Positions 1-9,544 of a stretch of 64,000 nucleotides of DNA are shown here, piece after piece. Source of the DNA: a virus; the IMG/VR virus record IMGVR_UViG_3300018057_000010, positions 1-64,000 of that record. One strand, 5' to 3'. Positions within the stretch are counted from its first letter, which is position 1, and each line of letters opens with the position of its first letter. The position numbers were made by a program, and so were the translations under genes. The notes below the pieces were generated by a model. The model had not been told where the DNA came from. It saw only the letters and a program-made list of their open reading frames with translations, and searched no databases.

Positions 1-1353
1 CCAGTTATAACTGGTGCCGCCAAAGCTATCCGGACCGTAACCGCCAAAGAACAATAGATCGCTTACCTGAGTTGTGCAGGAGCCGTTTTCGTTGGTGGTG
101 ACCTGGATCTTCCAGGCGTTGGCGTTCTTGAATTGATAGCCGACGTTATACACGCCCGCATTCCCGACTGCGAAGAAGTTGGAGAGCTTGATCAGCACGG
201 GACTCCAGGTGTTCTCGCCGGTCGAAAGGGAGATAGATTGCACCACTCCGGACTCGAAGGCCCCAATCGCCGTGGCAAAGACCTCTTGATACAGGGCCTG
301 CGTCGATGTAACAACATCGGATACATTATTCTGGTAAACGGATGGCGAGACCACCTTGTAAAAATAGCTGCTCGTGAAGGTGCCGTCGCTCACATCGAAC
401 ATCACCCGTATCTCGGAGATGTTATTCGGGTCGCTGACGTTGATCCATACCGCGACGTAGTCCTCCGGATCGGCGGCGGTTCCGTTCGAAAAGGTATCGA
501 AAAATCCGCTGATGGTCGTTTGAATGCTGGCTACCGTGCTCGAAGCAACCGATCCGGATAACGCAAATTCCGTCAACGTCGCCCCTGTCGCATGAGTCTT
601 GGTGAAGACCGCGACAATGTAAGTAAGCTTGACATCCAGGACCTGGATATATTCCTGATCTGCGCCGCCGTAATTGACATACAGCATCTGGTATTGCTGA
701 ATATCGAGGATCGACGATACGTTTACCTTCTGCAGTCCGGTGCTGGTGATCGCCGCCGTGGTCGTCTCTGCTGTCCGGGTGATTGTCGACGGCGATGTGT
801 AGTTGGAGAAGGTGTAGCTGGTCCCATGAAACTCGTCGATGATTTCCAGCTCCGGAGCCAGCACCTGCACTTGCACCGGCACTCCAGGCTGGTAGATCCC
901 CCACTTCTGGGGAATGCTGAAACTCCCGTTGTCCTTCAGCATTACCGCGCTATCGGCAAAGAAGATGTAGGGATAGCTGGACAATGTCGGGCGATAGACG
1001 ACCGCCGTCCAGGCGCTTCCTCCCATCCCATTGAAAAAGGCGGAGTAGGCGCCCTGCGTCGCGCCGGTTTTGCGATAGAGGATCGATCCGGCTCCGGCGT
1101 ACCTCCACGCCGAGGAACTGTACCCGAACAGCGAAGCCAGGGAATGAATGCTCCCCGAAAGCGGATTGATGGTCGTGCCGGTGCGATTGAGGATGATCGA
1201 ACCCAGACGCGAAACCATGGCATTCTCGGTCGCTTCCTCGACATTGTCCATGTCGAGATACGTGCCGGAAGGCAGCGTGTCGTCCGCATAGCGCGCCGCG
1301 ATGCCCTTGGACTGGAGGATCGCCGGATATGTCTGGTAATAAGATTCGGCCAT
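1..1353 (-). CDS. Tail/nozzle (P22 gp10-like position) virion protein, 3'-truncated by window edge
   Basis: ATG at 1353 (MAESYYQTYPAILQSKG...), frame open to base 1; absent from ORF track because there is no stop; follows adaptor genes. Confidence 0.6.
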   Translation of the reverse strand, partial: MAESYYQTYPAILQSKGIAARYADDTLPSGTYLDMDNVEEATENAMVSRLGSIILNRTGTTINPLSGSIHSLASLFGYSSSAWRYAGAGSILYRKTGATQGAYSAFFNGMGGSAWTAVVYRPTLSSYPYIFFADSAVMLKDNGSFSIPQKWGIYQPGVPVQVQVLAPELEIIDEFHGTSYTFSNYTSPSTITRTAETTTAAITSTGLQKVNVSSILDIQQYQMLYVNYGGADQEYIQVLDVKLTYIVAVFTKTHATGATLTEFALSGSVASSTVASIQTTISGFFDTFSNGTAADPEDYVAVWINVSDPNNISEIRVMFDVSDGTFTSSYFYKVVSPSVYQNNVSDVVTSTQALYQEVFATAIGAFESGVVQSISLSTGENTWSPVLIKLSNFFAVGNAGVYNVGYQFKNANAWKIQVTTNENGSCTTQVSDLLFFGGYGPDSFGGTSYNW

Positions 1354-1356
1354 AAG

Positions 1357-2274
1357 TTATGCGTTCGTGTTTGCTGTCGGCCCTGCCGTTGACGATGCTG
1401 TTGGCGCTGCCGTTGCTCTGTTCTGCTGCGTAACCTGCTGCGCCTTCATGTTGTCGTAGAACTGCAATCCGACCTGCACTCCCGTTTCGTAGCGCCGCTG
1501 GCAATAATCTGCCCGCGCCGGGTCGCGCATCTCTCCGTCCTTGGCGAAGCACTGCGCCAGCACGTTGTACTTCACGTAAGTCAGGAATGGGTCTGGCAAC
1601 AGAAAGCTGCTGTTTAGAACCAAGGCGTTAAATTCATGCTGCGCATAGATCAGTTCCGCCGTGAAGGCATTCAGCGGAACCGGCTGCACCCCATACGTCA
1701 TGAAGTTCACACGGTCTTCGAACCATGTCGTCGGCAGACTCGGAATCGCCTGCTGCCAGGCCGGATTCAATAAATCCAGACTGGCCTGCCCTTGCTCCCG
1801 TAACGCTTTGCCGTTGACGCTGATCCGCTCGATCTGCAGACAATCGCCGGGGATGCTGTTGATCCGCTGCGTTGGCGTAAAACTGGCCGTCGCCACCTTG
1901 ATGCAGAAAGGCACACGAATCAGGTAATCGTGCTGCGCATGATCCATATAATTCAGCATTTCCTGCTGCGTGAAAAACGGATTCAGCGTTTCTCCCACCG
2001 GGAATGTTGCGCCAGCCACGGCCTCTGTCGAAGCATGCGCAAAGACAAACGTAGCCGTAAACGTCGTTGGGGTAACGGCCGTCACGGTAACGACTTCCTG
2101 CGTGACGCCGCTGCCGACAATCAACATGGCCGCGACATAAATCGAACTCATGCTTCCAGGAGTCACGGTCTGCGAACCGGCGATAACCGCCGTGCCCAGA
2201 GTCGTATTGACCACCGGCTCCACCAGCACGGAGCTGATCTCGTTCAGCACATCGTTGACGATCCTGTATCCCAT
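1357..2274 (-). CDS. Head-tail adaptor/tail ring-like protein with inserted beta-rich domain
   Basis: 305 aa; helical ends and C-terminal LPDPFLTYVKY..LAQCF pattern like podovirus adaptors; position after capsid. Confidence 0.55.
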   Translation of the reverse strand: MGYRIVNDVLNEISSVLVEPVVNTTLGTAVIAGSQTVTPGSMSSIYVAAMLIVGSGVTQEVVTVTAVTPTTFTATFVFAHASTEAVAGATFPVGETLNPFFTQQEMLNYMDHAQHDYLIRVPFCIKVATASFTPTQRINSIPGDCLQIERISVNGKALREQGQASLDLLNPAWQQAIPSLPTTWFEDRVNFMTYGVQPVPLNAFTAELIYAQHEFNALVLNSSFLLPDPFLTYVKYNVLAQCFAKDGEMRDPARADYCQRRYETGVQVGLQFYDNMKAQQVTQQNRATAAPTASSTAGPTANTNA

Positions 2275-2942
2275 CAGCGCACCTCGATCTTCTGGATACG
2301 CACCGGAGCGCCAACCGACCGCGTGAACACAATCGAGTCGTGCCGGGCCTGGAAGGTCGATAACGCCTTCATCGTGCCCAGATACTGCTGATACTGCGTT
2401 TGCGATAAGGAGAAGTCGTTCCCTGCCTCTTTCAAACGCAAGACATGCGCCGCATACTGTTCGAGAGCGTCGACAAACTCCTCCTGAAAGGGCACGGTCT
2501 CCGTGCCGGTATATGGAGGAGCGACCGTCACCGGATAGCCGAGATAAGTGATTAACACCTGTTGCTCGACGCTAAGCTGCGGATAGATGCCGAACTGCGT
2601 GACGCCGACCGGAAACCAAGCCGAGATCTGCGTGCCCGTATCGTTTTCCCAGGAACGATTGATCTGGTCCAGCGTGAACATCTCCGTTTTGCGGATCATG
2701 TTGGGTCCGAGAACCCGCAGCAGACAAACCGCATTCGCGGGCATAGCGACAAAATTCGTGCCGGTAGGCAGCGTAACCGGCGTTGTCTGCGCAACTTCGA
2801 CGACGCCGGTGATCAGCGAGGCCTCGTTCATCGCCTCCGCAATGGCGTCGTAGACTTCCTGCTCTGTCCAAAAGACTGGAGCATTCGGATCTTCCTGCAG
2901 GCGCTGCAGAGTGTGGTTCGCCAGTGTGCCGATGGTCGTCAT
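2274..2942 (-). CDS. Head-tail adaptor (T7 gp11/P22 gp4-like)
   Basis: 222 aa; RLQED..FWTEQEVYDAIAEA N-terminus, IYP motif, PFQEEFVDALEQYAA C-terminus. Confidence 0.6.
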   Translation of the reverse strand: MTTIGTLANHTLQRLQEDPNAPVFWTEQEVYDAIAEAMNEASLITGVVEVAQTTPVTLPTGTNFVAMPANAVCLLRVLGPNMIRKTEMFTLDQINRSWENDTGTQISAWFPVGVTQFGIYPQLSVEQQVLITYLGYPVTVAPPYTGTETVPFQEEFVDALEQYAAHVLRLKEAGNDFSLSQTQYQQYLGTMKALSTFQARHDSIVFTRSVGAPVRIQKIEVR

Positions 2943-2954
2943 CTCTCGACGTTC

Positions 2955-4361
2955 CTACTGGCCTAAACGTTCGATGGCGTAATCGACTCGGTACACGCCC
3001 CCGGTATTGGAAGTGACGGTCGTTGCTAAGGTCGCCGTTCCGGCTGCGGCAAGATAGATATCGCCCATGGAGGAAGCAGCGCTGCCCAGAGATGTTAAGT
3101 CGATAGTCTGACTTGCAGCTCCCCCGCTTACGGTCACGGTTACCGTTCCGGCTGATCCGGCAGTCGTTGTCTTAATGGCGCCATTGATCCGGTAAAACCC
3201 TGTAACCGGAGCTGTGAAGATTGTCGTCGCCGAAATGCTGGACGATTGCGCGGTGAGCGAAGCCCATGCCTGTGCAATTACGCTCTTCGGAGAATAAAAG
3301 GCATAAAATGCCGGACAAGAAGCTGTTGTCGGGGCGCTCGACAAGTTATCCCATGCCGCATAAACAGTGGCGCCGTTGCAACTCACTCCGCTTCCGGAGA
3401 CAAAGATAAGACCTTGGATTGCATGCGATGTGCCAACTGTGTTCGCGGTCGGAAGGTAGATGTTCGGTGAGCCAACCGTCGTCAGATATCCGCCATTCAG
3501 AGCCAGCATCCCGCCATTCGTCATGTCGAAGTTATAGCCGGAAGCTTTCTGTAAGTTGCTATTGTTCAAAGCGATCAGCGCCGAACTTCCGCCGCTTCGA
3601 AACTGCATTCCCCCAGTAGTAAAGTCTCCTGCTAATGTTCCGTTTACGGTTACAGTGTATCCGCCTGTGCCGCTAGCCTGGACTCCATACCAATGGACAA
3701 ATCCACTGACGATAACATTGCCGCCGCTATAGGAGCCGCCGTGTCTCTCGCTACGGGTTGTCCCCGTGTACGCATAGGTAACAGCGCCGACAGTATTGAG
3801 ATCGTAAACGACGGTAGGACCGTTCACTGTGACTCCGCCCGTCGCCGTAAGCGTGGATGAATTTCCGTAGATGACGACCGGCACGGCAGCCTGGGAAACT
3901 GCTCCGGATTCCGTATAGGCCCCAGGATTCATCCAGATCCCATAAGGCCCGGTTCCTCCGGCAGCTACCAAAGCGGCGATCTCTACCTGCGCGGCTCCAA
4001 AGGTTTTATACGGTTTATCGATTGATCCGTCCGGAGTGTAACTGTCGGTACGATTGACGTCGCAATAAAACATCGTGAGAGGGAAAAAGCTCGGCAGATC
4101 CGGCAGCGTCAGGCTGCGTGGCGACACGGCTCCCGTGCTTCCATTCGGCGTCGCCAATATCTGATTCGCCGTCAACCCGGATGCCGCCGTAAGACTGATC
4201 GCGGGGGTTGTGTTTGCCGTCGCGACGCTGGCCGATAACCACGACGGCGTCGTCGGAAAACTGACCGATGTTACTGTCCCCGTTCCACCGCTGCCTCCTC
4301 CTGTCCCTGTCTGTGCGAACAAGGGGAGACAAAACATAAGGAGAAAGATAAGACGTTTCAT
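2955..4361 (-). CDS. Fibre/spike-like protein with Sec signal peptide
   Basis: Start MKRLIFLLMFCLPLFA|Q; G/S/T-rich; TVTSV...PNGS..R...DLP repeat; DGSIDKPYKT motif typical of the start of beta-helix domains. Confidence 0.6.
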   Translation of the reverse strand: MKRLIFLLMFCLPLFAQTGTGGGSGGTGTVTSVSFPTTPSWLSASVATANTTPAISLTAASGLTANQILATPNGSTGAVSPRSLTLPDLPSFFPLTMFYCDVNRTDSYTPDGSIDKPYKTFGAAQVEIAALVAAGGTGPYGIWMNPGAYTESGAVSQAAVPVVIYGNSSTLTATGGVTVNGPTVVYDLNTVGAVTYAYTGTTRSERHGGSYSGGNVIVSGFVHWYGVQASGTGGYTVTVNGTLAGDFTTGGMQFRSGGSSALIALNNSNLQKASGYNFDMTNGGMLALNGGYLTTVGSPNIYLPTANTVGTSHAIQGLIFVSGSGVSCNGATVYAAWDNLSSAPTTASCPAFYAFYSPKSVIAQAWASLTAQSSSISATTIFTAPVTGFYRINGAIKTTTAGSAGTVTVTVSGGAASQTIDLTSLGSAASSMGDIYLAAAGTATLATTVTSNTGGVYRVDYAIERLGQ

Positions 4362-4363
4362 GA

Positions 4364-4948
4364 CTAGATCACTCCGATAGAAGGCAAATACCCATCGCCT
4401 GTCGTCCCGTCGATCCAATACTGGCTAAGAGTTTCTTCGTTCGCTAATCCCTGCCTTGAGGTTGAAAATTCGTAGGGCTGCACTCCGGAGACCGTAAATC
4501 CGATAAGGACAATCGTTCCTACCCCGGTAGCGGTCACCATTTGGGGCGTAGTGCCGATGTAAAGCAGGCCGGTATTTCCTGGCTTCCCTTGGATGTAAAG
4601 ACTCTGCGCAAAGGCTCCCAGGGCCACCCAAGCTCCCGTGCCGTAGGCTCCGCCTGGGTGTGCCTTCAAGATGCCGGTCACCTTGATGTGCGTGCTGTCT
4701 GTAACCTCTGCCACCATGCCGCGCTCGGTAACATATGTGGAAGGATCGACGACATTCACATAGTCGCTGCGCACAAACATGCTGCTGTCGGCCACGGTCA
4801 AGATCACCGGGTTGTTGATGTTCTGATCCCATCTCATTGCGTGCGCAGCGGCATTCGCCGTCACCGCCGCCGTCAGATAGGTTCCGACTACCGGCTGCGG
4901 CGTGCCTCCGGATTGGATTGTGAAATACTTGAAAGCCCTATTCGCCAC
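4364..4948 (-). CDS. Putative virion structural protein
   Basis: 194 aa beta-rich ORF in structural operon. Confidence 0.5.
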   Translation of the reverse strand: MANRAFKYFTIQSGGTPQPVVGTYLTAAVTANAAAHAMRWDQNINNPVILTVADSSMFVRSDYVNVVDPSTYVTERGMVAEVTDSTHIKVTGILKAHPGGAYGTGAWVALGAFAQSLYIQGKPGNTGLLYIGTTPQMVTATGVGTIVLIGFTVSGVQPYEFSTSRQGLANEETLSQYWIDGTTGDGYLPSIGVI

Positions 4949-5216
4949 CGGATAGCCTCCTGCCGATGAATTCGAGGACCGAAATTTGATCCACGGGACG
5001 TTTGCCGTCTGTGGTCGATTTGTAGTTCATCGTCTCCCGGCAGAAATACGTGCTCGGTTTCCCTGGCAGATACACCTGGGGATCGGCTCCGGTCTCGAAC
5101 GACATCGGCCTTGCTGTCGTATATTCCATGCCGATCACATCCGAACCGGGATAGCGCTCTACCTGTGGGCAAACTTCCTGACTGGGAATCCCCGATTGAT
5201 CGTTCTTCTTAGCCAT
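4938..5216 (-). CDS. Hypothetical protein
   Basis: 92 aa, SD upstream, operonic. Confidence 0.6.
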   Translation of the reverse strand: MAKKNDQSGIPSQEVCPQVERYPGSDVIGMEYTTARPMSFETGADPQVYLPGKPSTYFCRETMNYKSTTDGKRPVDQISVLEFIGRRLSGGE

Positions 5217-5227
5217 AACTTCTCCTC

Positions 5228-5599
5228 TTAAGACCTGCCGTCCGATCTCAATTCCGCTGCAGCCCGCAGGGCTCTTTCGACATATGCCGGTCGTTGCGAA
5301 ACCGGTTCCGGTCGGCGCTCGAAAGCGCTGCTGTCGTAATTCGCCGCGACGGAAACGACGCCATGCTCTTTTTCGAGCTGCCGCAGATGCTGCAAACTCT
5401 TCACATGCACCGGCCCCTTGCTGGGATCGCTGCTAAGGTGGGACGTCTCGAAGTCCCAAAGATTTCTCCCTGGATTCAGCTGATACTGCAAATGAACGCA
5501 GTCCTCGCAATACCACTTCCCGTCGCGGAAATGGAACTTGCCGCCCTTACGTTCCTTCGCCCATCGGCAATCCGGGTTCGCACAATATGTAGTAGCCAT
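5228..5599 (-). CDS. Zn-ribbon protein
   Basis: CxxxxC...CxxC motif, 123 aa. Confidence 0.6.
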   Translation of the reverse strand: MATTYCANPDCRWAKERKGGKFHFRDGKWYCEDCVHLQYQLNPGRNLWDFETSHLSSDPSKGPVHVKSLQHLRQLEKEHGVVSVAANYDSSAFERRPEPVSQRPAYVERALRAAAELRSDGRS

Positions 5600-5613
5600 C
5601 GTTACTGCCTTTC

Positions 5614-5700
5614 GCTCGGACGACCGTCAGGTCGTCGCTGTCTTTCGCTCGGAGCGCGCAGCGCTCGCTACTCCCCAGCTGCGGCGGCGAAGCCGCCACT
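5614..5700. repeat. REP-like hairpin cluster 1 (3 units)
   Basis: GACGACC-GTCA-GGTCGTC, GAGCGC-GCA-GCGCTC, GGCGGC-GAA-GCCGCC, each preceded by GCTNS. Confidence 0.85.
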
Positions 5701-6685
5701 AATGCCACTCACTGATCGGATGATTCTGCGCAAAGAGCGATCCTTGCCCGGTGTTATAGCCCCACTCCAACCCGTAAGCCCAAACCGAGTCCTGCTGCCA
5801 CATGCCGTCGTCGCTGCGTTCCATCATGTTGAGATCGGTTTCCGCTTCTCTCGCCTTCCAGCTGGCCACCGTGGGATCGTAATACTTGTTGTTCTTGCCG
5901 CCCCATAACAAGGCGTCCGCAATCGTCAGCTTCACCAGCACGTCGGCGCGGATAAAGGCCACCGGGCTATCTGCATCCGCATTCAGATTCGGTGGCTGGG
6001 TCGCCGCCCAGAACGGAAAGACCTGCAGGAAGAACGGCGAAGGATAGATCTCGATCTGCAACTGCCCATCCGGCGTCGGTTCCCGGTTGACAAAGAAATA
6101 CGACCAGCCAACGCTGGTGCGCCAAGCATCCGCCTCGTTCACGGACTGCACCGGCACATTGACGGACATGCGCCAGCCCTGCTGCTGATTCACCGCGTCC
6201 AGGATGTAACGCACGTTGGCGCCTAAGGTCCAATAGACTGCGGCGATCTGATAGCCGGTCGTCGTCAGCGTAGAGCCGCCGTAAGGGACGTCCAGAATCA
6301 AATGCGTTGCATCGATGACCTGCACAATCGTCTGCCAGGGATTGGTGAAGCCGACGCGGAATTGCTGCCCCTGCAGGGAGACGGTCCAGCTGGTTCCGAT
6401 TCCCGTCACCGCTGTCGATCCATTGACTACGGAAACAGAGCCGACGGTCGTCATCTGCGGCGTGTTGATCTGTCCGCGCAGCATCAGCCCGTACCAATAG
6501 CGCCGCTCGATCACCTTGCGGTAATTGTTGTTGATCATGCGGGCGATCAACAACGGATCGATATCCGGATTCCACAACTGCACCTCGCCGATCATCTGGC
6601 CGAAGTTCAGCTGCGTCGTATACGGCTGTGTGCCGTTGAACCCGTATTGATTCGGGAATAGCGGATTCCCAGGAACGATTGGCAT
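5699..6685 (-). CDS. Head-tail adaptor-like protein with inserted beta domain
   Basis: 328 aa; GSVSVVNGSTAVTGIGTSW insert; IEIYPSP motif. Confidence 0.55.
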   Translation of the reverse strand: MPIVPGNPLFPNQYGFNGTQPYTTQLNFGQMIGEVQLWNPDIDPLLIARMINNNYRKVIERRYWYGLMLRGQINTPQMTTVGSVSVVNGSTAVTGIGTSWTVSLQGQQFRVGFTNPWQTIVQVIDATHLILDVPYGGSTLTTTGYQIAAVYWTLGANVRYILDAVNQQQGWRMSVNVPVQSVNEADAWRTSVGWSYFFVNREPTPDGQLQIEIYPSPFFLQVFPFWAATQPPNLNADADSPVAFIRADVLVKLTIADALLWGGKNNKYYDPTVASWKAREAETDLNMMERSDDGMWQQDSVWAYGLEWGYNTGQGSLFAQNHPISEWH

Positions 6686-6728
6686 TACAGTTACTCCCAG
6701 CAGCGCCCTTAAAACTTCCTTGTTCCTC

Positions 6729-6784
6729 GCTCGGACGGCGAAGCCGTCGCTATCCGGACCTTAGCTTGGCGACGTAGTCGCGCT
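6729..6784. repeat. REP-like hairpin cluster 2 (2 units)
   Basis: GACGGC-GAA-GCCGTC and GCGAC-GTA-GTCGC with GCTYG/GCT flanks. Confidence 0.85.
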
Positions 6785-6983
6785 ACATCCCCCTCCCGGT
6801 CTTACGCTTGTGCTTCTTGGCAATCTTCTTCATGTTCTCGGCGAAGACGGCGCGTTTCTTTTGAACTCCGCCTTTCGCTTTGCCCCTGGCGATCTTCTTG
6901 GAGGTGGCCTTTCCGAATGCGCCCACCGTGCCCTTGCGCTCCATCCCTTCGCGTGCTTCCTGAATAAATTTCTCTCCCGCCAT
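6783..6983 (-). CDS. Small basic virion protein
   Basis: 66 aa, K/R-rich, ends KRKTGRGM. Confidence 0.65.
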   Translation of the reverse strand: MAGEKFIQEAREGMERKGTVGAFGKATSKKIARGKAKGGVQKKRAVFAENMKKIAKKHKRKTGRGM

Positions 6984-6985
6984 CG

Positions 6986-7345
6986 CTACATCCCCCTCCC
7001 GCTTTTGCGTTTCAAAAGCTTCTTGGCCTTCCGGGCTTTGTGGGCAGGGACGACATATTCGCCGCGATGCACCTTGGCGAGTCCGGTCTTTCTCACTGTG
7101 CCGCCATGCTTGTAAGAGGCGCGCACCGGCTGATTCGCCAAGCTGGCCGCTTCCTCGCGGGTATCTTCCAGCACGCCCTGCCCATAGCTCTGCATCGAGC
7201 GACCTGCCTTCTTTGCGGCTTTTCTATATCCCGAGGAACTGCTCTGGCTCCCTGACGTAGAGGATGAGCTAGGGCTAGAGCTGGAATTCGAGCTGGAGCT
7301 GGAGTCGCTGCCGCTGTCGCTATCGCCGTTGTCGAAAGGTCCCAT
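6986..7345 (-). CDS. Ser-rich/basic protein
   Basis: 119 aa; HGG..VHRGEYVVP motif; ends KRKSGRGM. Confidence 0.6.
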   Translation of the reverse strand: MGPFDNGDSDSGSDSSSSSNSSSSPSSSSTSGSQSSSSGYRKAAKKAGRSMQSYGQGVLEDTREEAASLANQPVRASYKHGGTVRKTGLAKVHRGEYVVPAHKARKAKKLLKRKSGRGM

Positions 7346-7371
7346 AATAGAGCCGTTCCCATAGCCAACCG

Positions 7372-7410
7372 AAAAAAGCGGTCAGCGGTGGCTATTACCG
7401 CTGACCGCTT
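7372..7410 (-). terminator. Intrinsic terminator after capsid-decoration genes
   Basis: AAGCGGTCAGCGGT/ACCGCTGACCGCTT inverted repeat followed by T-run on minus strand. Confidence 0.8.
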
Positions 7411-7433
7411 AGATAGCCCTATCTCCCCGTTAC

Positions 7434-7904
7434 TTAGTTGCCGAGCACCATTAACAGGAACGTGAAGCTCGACAAATCTGTACCCGCGCCAACTTCTGCG
7501 GCCTGAGCTGCAGCTGTTGCTGCACCCGTGAAGGTTGCGTTTGTGATGCTGGTAGCTGAGCCAGTTGTCGTGAACTGGTTGGCGACATTGCCTGCATAGA
7601 CAGGAGATGTCGTGCCTACGTTCGTAGCAATCGGAATTGAGATCGTGCCGCTTGGCGTGACGCTGCCCACGGAACGAATCATCAACTTGCCGGTTGTCGG
7701 CACCCATACGGGAAGGTAGCCGCCTTGCCCACCTATCGATACCACCCCATAGACAGCCCGCAAACTGATATTCACTCCGGGGGTTATTGCATAACCCCCG
7801 GTCGGATAATCGCTCGCGGCTGGTACGAGCTGAACAAAACGGACCTCTGTCTTTCCCCAGACATCCAGGCTCAGCGTCGCCATTAATGTGATCGTATAAG
7901 CCAT
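7434..7904 (-). CDS. Capsid-associated (decoration-like) protein
   Basis: 156 aa; YPTGGY motif; second gene after capsid. Confidence 0.55.
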   Translation of the reverse strand: MAYTITLMATLSLDVWGKTEVRFVQLVPAASDYPTGGYAITPGVNISLRAVYGVVSIGGQGGYLPVWVPTTGKLMIRSVGSVTPSGTISIPIATNVGTTSPVYAGNVANQFTTTGSATSITNATFTGAATAAAQAAEVGAGTDLSSFTFLLMVLGN

Positions 7905-7913
7905 CGCGTCTCC

Positions 7914-8552
7914 TTAGCTCTCCAGCGTGACCAGGATGTTGTACAAGCCGGTCGAAGGTGTCCCTGTCGCTGTCACTGCCCATCCGAGTACACGATTGGT
8001 CGGCGCAGTATTCGCTGTTACGAAAGCAGATTCGAATGCTGTCGTAGAACCAATGATCGCGGCTCCAGCTGTAATCGATCCTGTCGGAGAGGTAGCGAGT
8101 GCTCCGCTTACGTAACCACCAACACAGATCCAGATGAAGTTGTTATTCAGATTGGTTTGAACCGACGTGGCGCCGGATAGCACCAGATTCGGGATGGCGG
8201 TCGTATTCGGCATGATAAGTCCGGCGACGCCGTTAATCCCCCATCCTGAGGCGCTATAAAGCGGGGTGACTGATGTAAAGGTTGCGTCTACCCAATAACA
8301 GATCGCAGGCGCGGTCAGCAGTGTAATCGCCGTGTTCCCTGCATCGACATACTGCACGTAGCGGTACTTTCCCGGTACTCCCCAAGGATTTGAAAAGGTG
8401 CCGGTGGAGTCGTAATATGCAGCCCCCAGCGGATTGCGGTTGCCGGGATTGTTTGGGTAACCTGCATACCCGCTGACCGAAGGGTCAACTGTGGTCTGGA
8501 AATTACCCGAAGTAACTTGAGCGGTTTGAATTGAAGCTCCGAACTGTGCCAT
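7914..8552 (-). CDS. Capsid decoration/cement-like protein
   Basis: 212 aa directly after MCP; KYRYVQ and FIWICVGG motifs. Confidence 0.55.
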   Translation of the reverse strand: MAQFGASIQTAQVTSGNFQTTVDPSVSGYAGYPNNPGNRNPLGAAYYDSTGTFSNPWGVPGKYRYVQYVDAGNTAITLLTAPAICYWVDATFTSVTPLYSASGWGINGVAGLIMPNTTAIPNLVLSGATSVQTNLNNNFIWICVGGYVSGALATSPTGSITAGAAIIGSTTAFESAFVTANTAPTNRVLGWAVTATGTPSTGLYNILVTLES

Positions 8553-8579
8553 ATTTTTTCTCCTCTCCTCTCCGCTCGC

Positions 8580-9539
8580 TTAGCTCGTGTACCCAGCAAG
8601 TTGGAAGAACAAGCGTGGCGCGACAAACAGAAGGTTCCCGCCAAAGGCGTACTGTCCGCAGACATCGATGGAGTTCTGCGCTTCCTTCCAACCCGTGAAT
8701 CCGAATTGGAACAATGGCAGTGTCGAAATCCAGAACTGGATGTAGGCAGTGTTAAGTCCCCAGATCTTGCCGGTTGGGCAATACTGATCGACGACAATCG
8801 AGCTGCCGTTGAAGCGCAGCGACTGGAAGCCGACCTTCGCAACGTCGCTCGACTCTTCGAGGAAACGTTGCTGCGGTTGGATCTTCGACCAGATGCTGTC
8901 CCACAAGGGCTGAGTGGTGGCGATCAGATCGACATGCTCCGCGCCGAACCATGCGGCGCCGTAAGCTGTCTGCAGCTGAGAAAGGGCGAAAACGGCGTTG
9001 CTTGCGTAATACGCATTGATGCCGGTATTCGCTACCGTCGAAATGTCGGAACGGGTGATGCCGCCGTAACTTGCGTAGTTCGCAGGGATATTGATGGCGG
9101 CGTCGGCTCCATCCAAAGCGATGGGCTGGCTGTTGGTTCCCTGGCCGTCGAGATACATATCGGTAGCCAGCAACTGCGCCATGCGGCCGGCAGCGTTGAC
9201 CATCTTCGACTCGACGTAACTCATCGCGGCTTCGGGGCCACGGTTCAGAACGTTGTCGGTTCCGAACAGAGTCGCGTTGACATAGTAATACTTGACGTTG
9301 ACTTCGAGTGCGGTATCGGTCTGGACGTAGCTGGTGTCGAAAGAAGAGCCGCGTGCGAAGGGACCACCCTTCAGGGCCGCATACATGATCGGTTGACGGA
9401 TGGTCAGACCACCATCGAACCGCTCCATATTTCGCGTCCGCAACCGCGTCAACACAGGCGAGGACTTGTAAACTTCGTCGATCAGCCCCGGAATGATGAA
9501 CTTATTTGTTTTTGAACTTACATCGTCGTAAGTTAACAT
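8580..9539 (-). CDS. Major capsid protein (HK97 fold)
   Basis: ~319 aa after scaffold; DGGLTIRQPI, GFQSLRFNG..IVVDQYCP..IWGLNT motifs. Confidence 0.85.
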   Translation of the reverse strand: MLTYDDVSSKTNKFIIPGLIDEVYKSSPVLTRLRTRNMERFDGGLTIRQPIMYAALKGGPFARGSSFDTSYVQTDTALEVNVKYYYVNATLFGTDNVLNRGPEAAMSYVESKMVNAAGRMAQLLATDMYLDGQGTNSQPIALDGADAAINIPANYASYGGITRSDISTVANTGINAYYASNAVFALSQLQTAYGAAWFGAEHVDLIATTQPLWDSIWSKIQPQQRFLEESSDVAKVGFQSLRFNGSSIVVDQYCPTGKIWGLNTAYIQFWISTLPLFQFGFTGWKEAQNSIDVCGQYAFGGNLLFVAPRLFFQLAGYTS

Positions 9540-9544
9540 AGCTC

